From positions 109,306,001-109,370,000 of the forward strand of contig OX597817.1 of NCBI GenBank assembly GCA_951406725.2: DNA of 64,000 nt, read 5' to 3'. This DNA is from Octopus vulgaris (lineage: Eukaryota). The notes beneath the pieces were generated by a model. It was given only the letters and a program-made list of their open reading frames with translations. It did not search any database and was not told the DNA's origin. Position 1 is the first letter of the stretch; each line of letters opens with the position of its first letter. Both the position numbers and the translations under genes were made by a program. Shown in pieces: positions 52,931 to 64,000 of the stretch.

Positions 52931-55853
52931 TACAAACATATAAATGTTTACGAGTATATGTATGTGTGTGTTTCTGTGCAATGAGGACGTATGTCTTCAT
53001 TGCACTGATAAGTCGTTGTGGTTGAACCAAGGCTACATTAAAATACAATTATCCAACTAAAAATCGCGTCCTTAGATGAAACTAGCCGCATGTGTTTGCG
53101 AAGTGAAACTCGTACACAACGATGCTTGTGCCTTAGAAATTGTAGAAATTTTAAAATGTCATTTTACTGTATGAGTTAAAACTTACTACATAACTTCTTT
53201 ATTTACGTATAAAAATATCTACTAAACTCTAAAGAAGCTTGAATAATTTAGATTAGTATATAGAAAAAATATAAAATATAATCAATGTAACGTGCGTTGA
53301 ATATTAATTGATTTCTTCATTAGAAAATGTAGTAATCATATTTTGAATATTAGTATGTATTCAAAGCTATTTGTTTTTAATCAACACTAAAGTTGCAGAC
53401 ACTGTTGAAAGAAAATAGAGAACGAATTGAATAAAGTAAATGAGTTTGTTTTCTTTTTTATTTGTTTTTGTTTCTTAGTTTGTGTCTTAATTTTACTTTT
53501 AGGATCAAGAAATTAATTGTAAATATATTTAGATACGTTCGTAATATCTTCAGATAATTGCTTAAATAGAAATTATATTAGAGTCTATGTGGAAACGCTT
53601 TTCTGATGTTCAGTAGCCGTACTGTATATAAGTGAGGTGAGTAGCGCTACATGAATCTGATGAAGTGAATATTAAAAGTTATGACTGCAATTTTGTGGTT
53701 ATGAAATTTAAATGACGATACACTATAGTAACATTTGCGCTCATTACTTATTTGTGATGACGTATTTGTACATGAACATTAATATGCGTACATATGTCTG
53801 TATATATGTCTGTATGTAAGTATGTATGTATATATGAATGCATTATGTGTGTTTCTGAGTGTGTGTGTGTTTGCCTTGTATACATTTTTGTATTTATAAA
53901 GCAAGACCATATAACTTGTGTGAGCTACGAACTGTTTCGCTGTCTCAGCCGTCTTTAACTCCGCATGATAGACAAAAAAAGATATATTTAAAAAAACATT
54001 GTTTCAAATTTCCTATTCCATGACGTTAATTTACTTGTACAACAAAAGCATGTAGTTAATTCTTCTTAATTGTGTTGTAAAGTCAACAATAACACGGCTA
54101 TAATATTTGAGGTCGGCAGGTAACGAACATCTTAACTCAATGATTTTAAAAGAGATTAACTTCCGTGAATAGGAAGAATTATATTGGCAATGAAGTGTAA
54201 CATAGGTGTTAGAAGGATCACTAAATCTTAAGGTTATTGTAAGCGGATGCTGAAACCGATGAATTCGTGCAACATAAGTTTTTTCAAATAAGAAAATCAT
54301 TCGATAAAAATTCAGTCAGAAAGTATAATATTAAACAACGGTTATATATTTGTATTTTTATGGAATATTGTTAAGAGAGAAAATTACATTATGCTATTGT
54401 ATAAAAGAAAAGTGGGAACAGAAAATAAACTGGTAGTTGGCTGAAAAGCTAATAATTGCAAATTTGGATGTTGTGGGAGAGATGTGAATTAAATTTTAGA
54501 ATTCAGTGCTACTCTTCTTTATACAATATCTATTCGAATAGAAAATATATCGGTGAACCAATTGTATCAATAAACTTTAATGTTGATATCAGTTCCACGC
54601 TAAGTAATTCCTTGTATGTTTCTACTGTTCTTATATAAATTTACTTCTACGTTTCAATTAATTATATCGTCCGTCGTACTTACTTCAGCGTGGTAATTTT
54701 TCTATTAAAGTCTATTGAATTACTAACATTTTAGACATAAACAGACACAGCTCGATACCATTAATATAAACACAGATATTCACACAAAATACACACGCGC
54801 ATGCTTGTACGCGCGCGCACACACGTACACATATAAACTCATATCAGTTCGTTGATATTGGACTTTGTTGATTTTCAGAAGTAATATTTATCGGTAAACG
54901 TTTGCTATTAGGACGGCTATTGAACTTCAAGTAATTGCTATCATAGAGAAAATGATTGGGCAAAGATTTAGTGTAGGGTCTGGGAGGTATGGCGTATCTA
55001 AAGTGGCAGGAATTTGAGAGTTGTGTAAGTGGTTGGATGTCACGAAGCGAAGATGACATGCGGTTAGCTTGTACAAAATATCATTATCCGTTGTAGTACC
55101 TCTATGTAGTGCAAAGAGAAAACATCACCAGCCTATGAAATGTGTTGGTCAGTAAATCACTTCTTGATATATCCAGGATATTTTTGAATGACTTATCATC
55201 TACTCAAACGTGTAAGGGTTTTTTTCTTCTTACTGTGGCTGTGTACCTCTACATCACTTCTGATATGATAAATCTATAGGATTCTAATATTTGTTCAAAG
55301 AACTACCAGTAATTCACAGATATTTTGTTCAGGATATATCATAACTCTTCCGAGTTGCGAAAAGGTTGCGAAGTTCAACCTGTCGTGATGTATCTTACTT
55401 AATGCTTGAGACATCCTGAGCCTGTTTGTATTCTTTCCACTGCACTGCGTTTGTCTCTAAGTTTATTATTGTTCTTGTTTAGCTTCGCATCAACTCTGAC
55501 TGAATTGATCTATATCAAAAGTTATTCAAACCACGGTTATCCCATCTCTTTAGAGATATCTAGGACTATAACTAACGTATTTTTTTATCTCAAGGTGTCA
55601 GATTATGAATCGAAGTATGTTTGGTTGCTATTTCTAGCAGGTTTAGCAGCAACCCTTTGAATGCATGTGTGTTACAAACGTTAAGTAACCCCAACTCTAA
55701 TATTGTCAGGTTCAGCATATCTATGATCAAATGTATTTCAGCCGTTACCATGCCGACCTGTTTCTGAGTATCAAGTACTATTATGAACGAATGTCTCTCT
55801 CTCTTTCTTTCTCACTCTCTCTCTTTCTTTCTCTCTCTCTCTCTTTCTTCCTC

Positions 55854-55906
<53 letters not shown>

Positions 55907-56714
55907 AAAACAGTAGCAAAGCATATGATTTGAGGGAAGTTTGGCGTCTATTTGGAGCAAGTTGGGCGATCACGTTAGGTTTCCGCTTTATTATATTCTG
56001 GCAGTACTACAGCGGAAGTAGGTGAGGAAGTTTCGGTCAGATCGTGACACGTGTGCTCCTCCTCTGCATTTACCATTGATTACATTGAAGTGCAATAATT
56101 GCCGGAATTTCATTTTTCTAATAAATACATTAAAATATTTCTTAGTTTGCTTTCGTATTATGTCTGATCCTCGGTTGCCCAGCAGAAATGAACCGAAAAG
56201 TCGTACATAAACAAAAGGCAAATTAGAAACGTTTAGACAGTACTGGTCGAATACAGCCTATCTTTCTTTTATTATATATCGTTTCCCCTTTTATCACTGT
56301 GATTGAAAATGTCCATTTTGATTTTATCTAATAATGTACACTTACAATCTACGTAAGAATTTTTCAGTAATAGAAAAGGAGGAGATATTTCTAAATAAAC
56401 ATTATGTGCTTGTTATTTTTCAATAACCCACTAGAATCATGGAATTAACAGTAAGAAGCTTTTAACAAATCCATTTTTACTGATGGGAAGTTTGGCTGAC
56501 TTCCAGTACCATTGCTTTACAATATATATTTATTCTGCACTTATTCCTCTAGAATGATTTTTAGTATCTAACCAAAAAAAAATTGCAATTTGTCTTCAAG
56601 ATTCTCCTCACAAGATTACACAAAATTGGAGTGTCTTAAATTCAAATTTGTTTACTCATGACACGAAATAAATCAACATTTATAGTCCAGTCTTTAATAA
56701 ACTATCTCCTTTTC

Positions 56715-56774
<60 letters not shown>

Positions 56775-59476
56775 ATTCATGGTGGAAGTACGTAGTTAAT
56801 GTCATTTTTGGTCATTTATGAACATATTAGCAATTTTATCCTTAAGAACAAGAAGATGCTTTCTTTGAAAAGAGAACGTATGCGTGTATGTTATATTTAC
56901 TACTTATATTGATCTTGAAATACATTGCTTTGTCGAACTTAGCAAGATTTTAGCACAGTTATGATATATCGAAAAACACAATACAAAAAAAATAAGCTTT
57001 TGTACCGATTCTGTTTATTCCGATTTTTCTGAATTTTATATTTTATTTTACACCGGGTGCTTTCAGATAATTCGGTGTAATATAGTGAATGTATTTAGGA
57101 AATACGATAAAAGAGAAATGGTTCTTTGTATTACTGCCAACTATATTTTCAGTTACAACTTTTCCTGTTCAAAATATGATTTTGTTATTATGTACAATTT
57201 TTTCTGAATTTTTTTTAACTTTTAGAAAATCATTTTAGTAGTAAAATGACAAGATTCTATGGTAATTTATTTAACCTAATATCTTAAATATGGCTCAAAT
57301 ATATCAATGCACGCAAAGTATATTATTAAACCTTAGAAATGCATTTTGAAATAGCAAAAATCTCCAAGTATAATGTAATTCCTTAAACATCCCCCTTAAT
57401 TTTACTTTATATGCATTGCCAATCCCACTTCACATTATCGGAAACTAAATAAAATAAATTGAACATTTAATATATAATAGTGATACGAATTACGTAGGCA
57501 TTATTTTCTTTCAAAAATAATGGCAATGTTACTCTTAATAATATAACGCGCTTCTGAACAGCAAAATATATCCGTCAACATTTTATCTTTAAGTGAATAG
57601 TCATTCTTAAACTACTATGACAGTTGTTGAAACGAAATCCTCAAAAATGACCTTGAGAATTCATGTTGTTTGGAATGTTCATGCAAGTTATATAGTCATA
57701 AATGATATGGCATATTAGCTAAGTTTGCAGGACAAAGGAAGTGTTACTGCACTACACTAGAATATAAAGGTTTTTCTAATAAACAGCTAGCAACTGGTCA
57801 GCCCCCTCTGAAAACAAACTACATTAAGATCAACTTTTCTAGAGTTTGTAAGAAACACTCATGATTTTTTACTTTTCTCTTCATATCTGACTTAAAAATA
57901 ACAAAATAGGTAAAACCATTTTTCGAAGTATGATATGAAACTGTTCACAAGTAATTGATAAAAGCTAAATAGATGTATGATATTTGTGCAAGAAACATGT
58001 GTATCGAAGAACTGGCTTTGAAATAACTTTAAAGCGTAATGTAACAGGTCAGTATTCGATTCTTTAGGACTAGTAGTTGAGAAGAGGATACTATCAGTTT
58101 GTATCCTGTACTGATTACTGCAATTTTCCCATGTTTAATAAAGTCTTCCTTCAATAACTTTGCTATAGGTTATGAAAGAGGATAATCTTCACCCCTCTCC
58201 TAAGCTTTTAAAAAAAGTAGAACGACGAGGGGCATCAAACGTGGTCACTTAACCTATAAAAATAAACAATTTAAGCTCACTTCAAACTAGCAGCTGAAAA
58301 GCGAACAATTTAGTTAAGGAAAAGAGTTCCTAGATACAATATCCGGAAATAAAACCGGCTCGTCAAGATAAATGCTTTCATGTGACTTGACCTGGGGCCA
58401 AACGATGATAACTGGGAGTCAGAACTAAACAGTTATGTGGTCAATTAAACAGCTAAAAAAAACAGTTAGATTACTCTAAATGATACCCTACTATTTTTTT
58501 TAAATGATGGTATCTACAAGTACATTGAAATAGTATTAGAATACAGGACACATGAAAATAAACGGCAGGATGGAATGTCTTTACCCATCAGTCGGCTAAA
58601 TCAGTATTAAATCAGTACTAAATAACAATTGCGTTATTTTTCTGTTTTTCCTGGTGGATCCCTACAAAAATGCTACACTGGTTGAATAACAGAATTGTGT
58701 ACGATAGAATATGCAATGATCGAGATTAGATTTCCCCACATGTGTGATATTAACAATGGACAAATTAAAAAAACAAAAAACTTTGATTTATTGTACACAA
58801 ATTTTATGTGTTTCCAATAAAACATCAAGTCACAGATTTGTATTAAATATAAACAAATTAGCAGATCGTCTGATTCGTAAAGTTAGCTAAATCTAATCGA
58901 TTATTTGACATGTAAGAATACGACCTGATTTTTCATTGCTGTATTTTTTTCTCTGAACTTCTATTTTATAAAATTAGATTATTGTTCCGTACAGCAGTTT
59001 ATAAGCTCATTCTTTAATGGAAAAGGAATATTAAAATGGTGGTTACGAAAGCATTAATATTCATGACAATTCATCAATTGCTAATCATTGGAAAGCTATA
59101 CTTAGTGTTACTAAGGTTACCTTTTATGTTGCTACATTATCTTACAATGAACAACCATATATATGTGTGAGTGTGTAAGCAGTGTGTCTGAACATATGCA
59201 TGTAGTCACGAAGTCGCATGCACCATTCGTTTTAAGTGCACTTTTATCTTGGATAAAATAAATTTAATGCAAATATATAAAAATAGGCAAAATCCAGTAA
59301 AGTAACAGGAATATCCAGTTTCACAATATAAACGCGTATACATGTCTGCTAATGTACGGGTGTGCGTGGTGTATGCGTGCATGTGCCACGTATACAAACA
59401 GTTACAGAGGCAGATAAGTAAGATTATAGATAGCCACGTACATACCTCGAAAGACGTGGCAAATGTAGACACACAC

Positions 59477-59520
<44 letters not shown>

Positions 59521-59899
59521 GATTGTGTATATGTATATACATACATACGTACATACATACATATATATATTCAGATGTGCGCTTGTCTGAAGGTTTATAT
59601 ATATATATACACATATGCGACACATATGTAACCATAGAAGCTTATATCAATATATATGTGTGCGTGTGTGTATGTGTGTAATTTTCCAGACATGAATACG
59701 TCCAATGTGTCAGTGAATCCTATTTTTATATACAATTTAATCAGTAAATTTACACTACGGTTAAAGAGCGGGGAGACACAATGGTGACACCGGCTTTTAT
59801 AAGCGTTTTGTATGAAAAACGAACGTCTTAACATCGATTCTGCCCAGATATTTCCCCCTGCTCTTTACGTTTCCTGCCCCAGTAAGCACAATACAATAA

Positions 59900-60081
59900 T
59901 GAATATTGTATATATGTGTATGTGTGTATATGTGTGAATGTGTGTGTGCATATGTGTGTATGTTTGTGTGTGCGTGTGTATCTGTGTGTGTGTTTGTGTA
60001 TGTGTATATATATATATATATATAAATAGAGAGAGAGAGAGAGAGAGACATATGTAAATACATATATATATACATATGTAC

Positions 60082-60124
<43 letters not shown>

Positions 60125-60226
60125 GCACACATACATATATGTACGTATGTATGTATGTATGTATATATGTATGTATGTGTGTATGTATGTATGAATGTAT
60201 GTATGTATATATGTATGTATGTATGT
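59900..60226. repeat. Compound TG/TA/GA/TATG microsatellite block
   Basis: Direct reading. Confidence 0.9.
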
Positions 60227-61557
60227 GGAAAAGGAACACTGCCTGGAACTCCCTTCCGTTTAACATCACATTGACAATATCATTGGTTGAAATCTACTTC
60301 AATCTCTTTAACTAGCATTTCAGCTTGTATCAGTACTAATGGTTCTTTGATATATATATAATATTATTCTCTGGCATCTGTTTACTCTAAATTTTGGCTG
60401 TGATTTGATATGTTATAAAAGTTCTAATCCTGTTAAACATAACTAAAGAATTAAACAACAAAGTACCTACATAATTTAATGCTTTGATTCCAAGAACTAC
60501 TCTGTAGAGTCTAACATCATAGCACAGTTAAATATATTTATATACTAATATTGTGTTAAACCCCAACGTCAAGAGGATATCAAGTCTATTGTAATGAATC
60601 TCATATTCGTCCGCACATGCTTTTAAGAAACTTGGCTGAAGCAGAGAAGCTTGTCATGCATTGTGTCGTTCAAGTAGGATTACATACCATATCATCCTTA
60701 AATAACAACTTAATACCATATAACCAAAGTAATATATGGTGGGTAAATGGACTCAGTGTTCTATACGGAAGGAATTGAGAAAAAGTTTAGAAGAAATTTG
60801 ATGCCCTGCACTTCAGCTTTCTGCTTCAGTGCAGTAGATTGTGAGAGTAATTGTGTAGTTGCAAATCTGGCGGTGATGTTATTTTCGAAAATACTAAAAC
60901 ATATATTTACGTAAACACACTCGCCAAAGATTTCATGTCCGATATTAAGGCAGATTTTGCATGGTCAATCTATTTTCATTACGTGACCTCTCAATAAAGC
61001 ATTGTTTGAATTTCTTGAACTCATTCACGTATTGGATAGCTTATACTTGACACTGTAGCCATTACATTCTCCCATCATTTGTTACCGTTATTCATATAAA
61101 TTGCCGTATTGTTTTTGTCAATATAGCTGAATGATGTTTACATCATTATAAAATATTTACTTAAATTTATTCACAATACTTGTAAATAAAGTCTTTCAGT
61201 ACTGCGTCGCACCTGTGTCTTTCTGACTTTTTTCAAAAGTAGAAACTATCTTTGTCTTCTCTACCTCTTTACGCGAATAGATTAAAGATATATACTAAGT
61301 AAGCATCTGTTTAAGTTGTGCGTGCACTTGTGTGTGTGTGTGTGTGCGCGCGCCTGTGTATGTCGGTGCGTGCGTTCGTGCGTGTGAGTGTGTGTGTATG
61401 AGGTGGGTGTATGCTTGCCGTCACTTTTCGGCGCTTTTCATTTCTACTCTGTGCATATATATTTGCACACTTACATATATTGCTACTAACTGCATCCAGT
61501 CTTGCACGAGTCAATAGCTTAACAAATATTTACGTGGGTGTGTAAATATATGCCTCA

Positions 61558-61596
<39 letters not shown>

Positions 61597-61599
61597 CAC

Positions 61600-61666
<67 letters not shown>

Positions 61667-62104
61667 AACATACACATGAATGTGCGCGCACATACACACA
61701 CATATACAAATATAGTTGTATATATGTCTGCAAACGTGTGTATACTTTCACCAATGTAAATCAGAGTAAATTATAAACAACGGTGAAGAGATTAACGGAT
61801 GAAAGGATAAATGATATCTATTTAGAAGATGAACTGTTTTTGTTCACTAATGATTCACTCAACACATTTAATAAACTATTTAGTTCATATTTTTTATAGT
61901 TCTGTTATGAAAACTAGGAGTATTTCACACAGATCTTTATTGCGTTGCAAGTACTTCTGGGGCAGAAGTTGTTACAGCAATTTATACGTAAATGGTTATG
62001 CGTGTGTGGATGTGTGTGAGCGTGAGACCGTATGTATGTATGTATTAAGCACAAACATATAGCCCCATGTATCCCAAATACTCACACACACAGACACATC
62101 CGCG

Positions 62105-62420
62105 CACACACACATACATACATACATGCATACATACATACATACATACATACATACATACATACATACATACATACATGCATACATACATACATACATG
62201 CATACATACATATATACATACATACATAAATGCATACATACATACCTACATACATACATACATGCATACATACATACATACATACATATAGATAGAGACA
62301 GACCAAGAAATAGGCAAAGAAATAGAGAGAGAAAGAGATCAATAGACAGAAAGACAGACAAGTAGGCAGGCAGGCAGGCAGGAAGGCAGACAGACAGACA
62401 GAAAGATAGCAAGATAGATA
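62105..62420. repeat. (CATA)n followed by GACA/GGCA microsatellites
   Basis: Direct reading. Confidence 0.9.
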
Positions 62421-64000
62421 GCTCTTTGATTCAATTAATTAAAATTATGTCGCTTAAATCAAACGGTAATCTGATGTTATTTTATAAATGACTGCATTTT
62501 GTTTAAAATATAACACTCTTTTAGATTACGAGTGAGCATGTGCAGAGTAGTCGGTTTCTTTTTGTATCCTACACAATAGATGAGGTAGAATGGGGTCTAG
62601 TGTTGAAGTTTTGTAAATACATTTTGTGCTGAATGCAATTATCTCATGATTGCCAGTATGAATGTTTTATTTGCTGTTTCGCTGTAGATAAAATAATTTT
62701 AAATATTACCCTATATATTTGTATTGAGTCCTACATTCAAATAATACCACCATTTTCCTATCATTCACAAACGTTTTTTAACTATGTGTTTTTGTGTGTG
62801 CGTGCGTATGTATGTGCGTGCGTATGTGTGTGCGTGTATGTATACATATATACATGAACGTATGTACACTTTTATACTTCGTGATGCATCGGCGAAGTAT
62901 ATAAACATCGCTGACAATTACAACAATTTACAAATAATCCCTAATTATTTTCAGGTCGATAATGTAGTGAAGGGTCGTTGGCATACTGGAAACGATGCTA
63001 TATTCAAGAATTATCATACAAAGTAAAATAAAGTACTTATCGACACTAGGCCATTGTATATGTAAATCAGCTTCTCTGTGTCCAGGCGGTCAAATAAAAG
63101 CTAATATTCCCCCTTCTCATTCCTATAATATATGCAATATTTCCTTAGAACCATTTTTTCTCTTCGTTTTTTTTCCCGTCTAGTATGTTTTGAGTTATTA
63201 CTAAGCAAACTTAATGACTTGAGCAGTTATATAATTACTTGTAAAATTTCGGTATTCGCTACTACTTCTCCTTGTTGCTGTATCATGTTCTTTATGTTCA
63301 TGGCTTGCTTTGAATAAACATGATCCAGTAATGAATCATCAAAATCGTTCTAGCGTATTAATTCCGTCTGTCATTCGCACATCAGAGACATTGCGCTTAG
63401 GTTCCTACTCTTTGTAAGGCGAATAACTTACTTTTAATGAATACTTGGCAGTTATTTACAGCAGATCAAGAGACCAGGTGGGTCCCTCGTTGGCCCGAGA
63501 TTATTCATTATGTCGATAATTCTAAATAGCTTTCTTTTTATTTTGCCCTTGTTTCTTTTCTGAAACTAACTTAACTCGGTGATTTCTTCATGGAGGCTAA
63601 TAGTTGAAACCAATCTATTTTATTATTTACAATTTTTACTCCTTGCACTTTGTACTACAGATGTTTTACACATAATCAGATTGTTTTGAATAGCTTAGAA
63701 AAAGAAAGCGGTAATTTCTGTGCAGATAGAATTGCATGAACGTGTATTAACAAGACAAATTCTATAAATACATAATGTGCAGCTGGAGAATATGCTGTAA
63801 TAACAGCCAAATATATAACTTAATGTGTACTTGATACAAAGAAAATCACATACCTTGAATATATTGTAACATAAAATTTTCTTATATTTGCCATTTATTG
63901 AGTGTGAACTTAGTGTCATTTTCAAACTGTCCATTTTTCCAGTATCTGGCAATGCCTTTCAAAGTGACAAACGAGGTTTTGATTGTAGTTAAGTAACCAG

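Noticed and set aside
53925-53965. Minus-strand GCTG-AGA-CAGC-GAAAC hairpin resembling a minimal hammerhead
   Set aside because: The core reads TTAAAGA and stems I and III are unconvincing.
54879-55023. Candidate exon flanked by TTTTCAG and GTAAGT
   Set aside because: Stops in all frames; no coding support.
57049-57079. Short hairpin TACACCG...CGGTGTA resembling a collapsed transposon terminus
   Set aside because: Seven-bp arms are expected by chance in 64 kb.
1622-62412. Many ORFs rich in YI, CV, HT, MYVC, poly-I or poly-L (for example 1622-2062, 25032-25385, 59865-60269, 61996-62412)
   Set aside because: They are translations of microsatellites that lack stop codons, not genes.

Overview
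AT-rich, microsatellite-dense eukaryotic non-coding DNA (intergenic or intronic). I found no host protein-coding gene I can support. The SINE families and repeat make-up suggest a coleoid cephalopod such as Octopus; this is inference, not a database result. The window is dominated by decayed mobile elements. DNA transposons: two full-length mariners, a mariner fragment, a full-length Tc1, a pogo/Tigger remnant, and a Chapaev3-like transposon interrupted by a SINE. Retroelements: several R4/Dong-like RLE LINEs (a cluster stacked in (AAT)n arrays), an RTE remnant, two Penelope-like (GIY-YIG) remnants and at least four tRNA-derived SINE families. There is also a 28S rRNA pseudogene fragment. The most notable feature is at 41074-41808: a structured unit of about 488 bp with terminal redundancy and inverted 5' duplications, carrying a type I hammerhead ribozyme with an essentially intact core (CUGACGA...GAAA, palindromic stem III, GUC site). 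This is a retrozyme- or Penelope pLTR-like element. Several degenerate hammerhead-like motifs occur elsewhere. Most ORFs in the supplied track are microsatellite artefacts.
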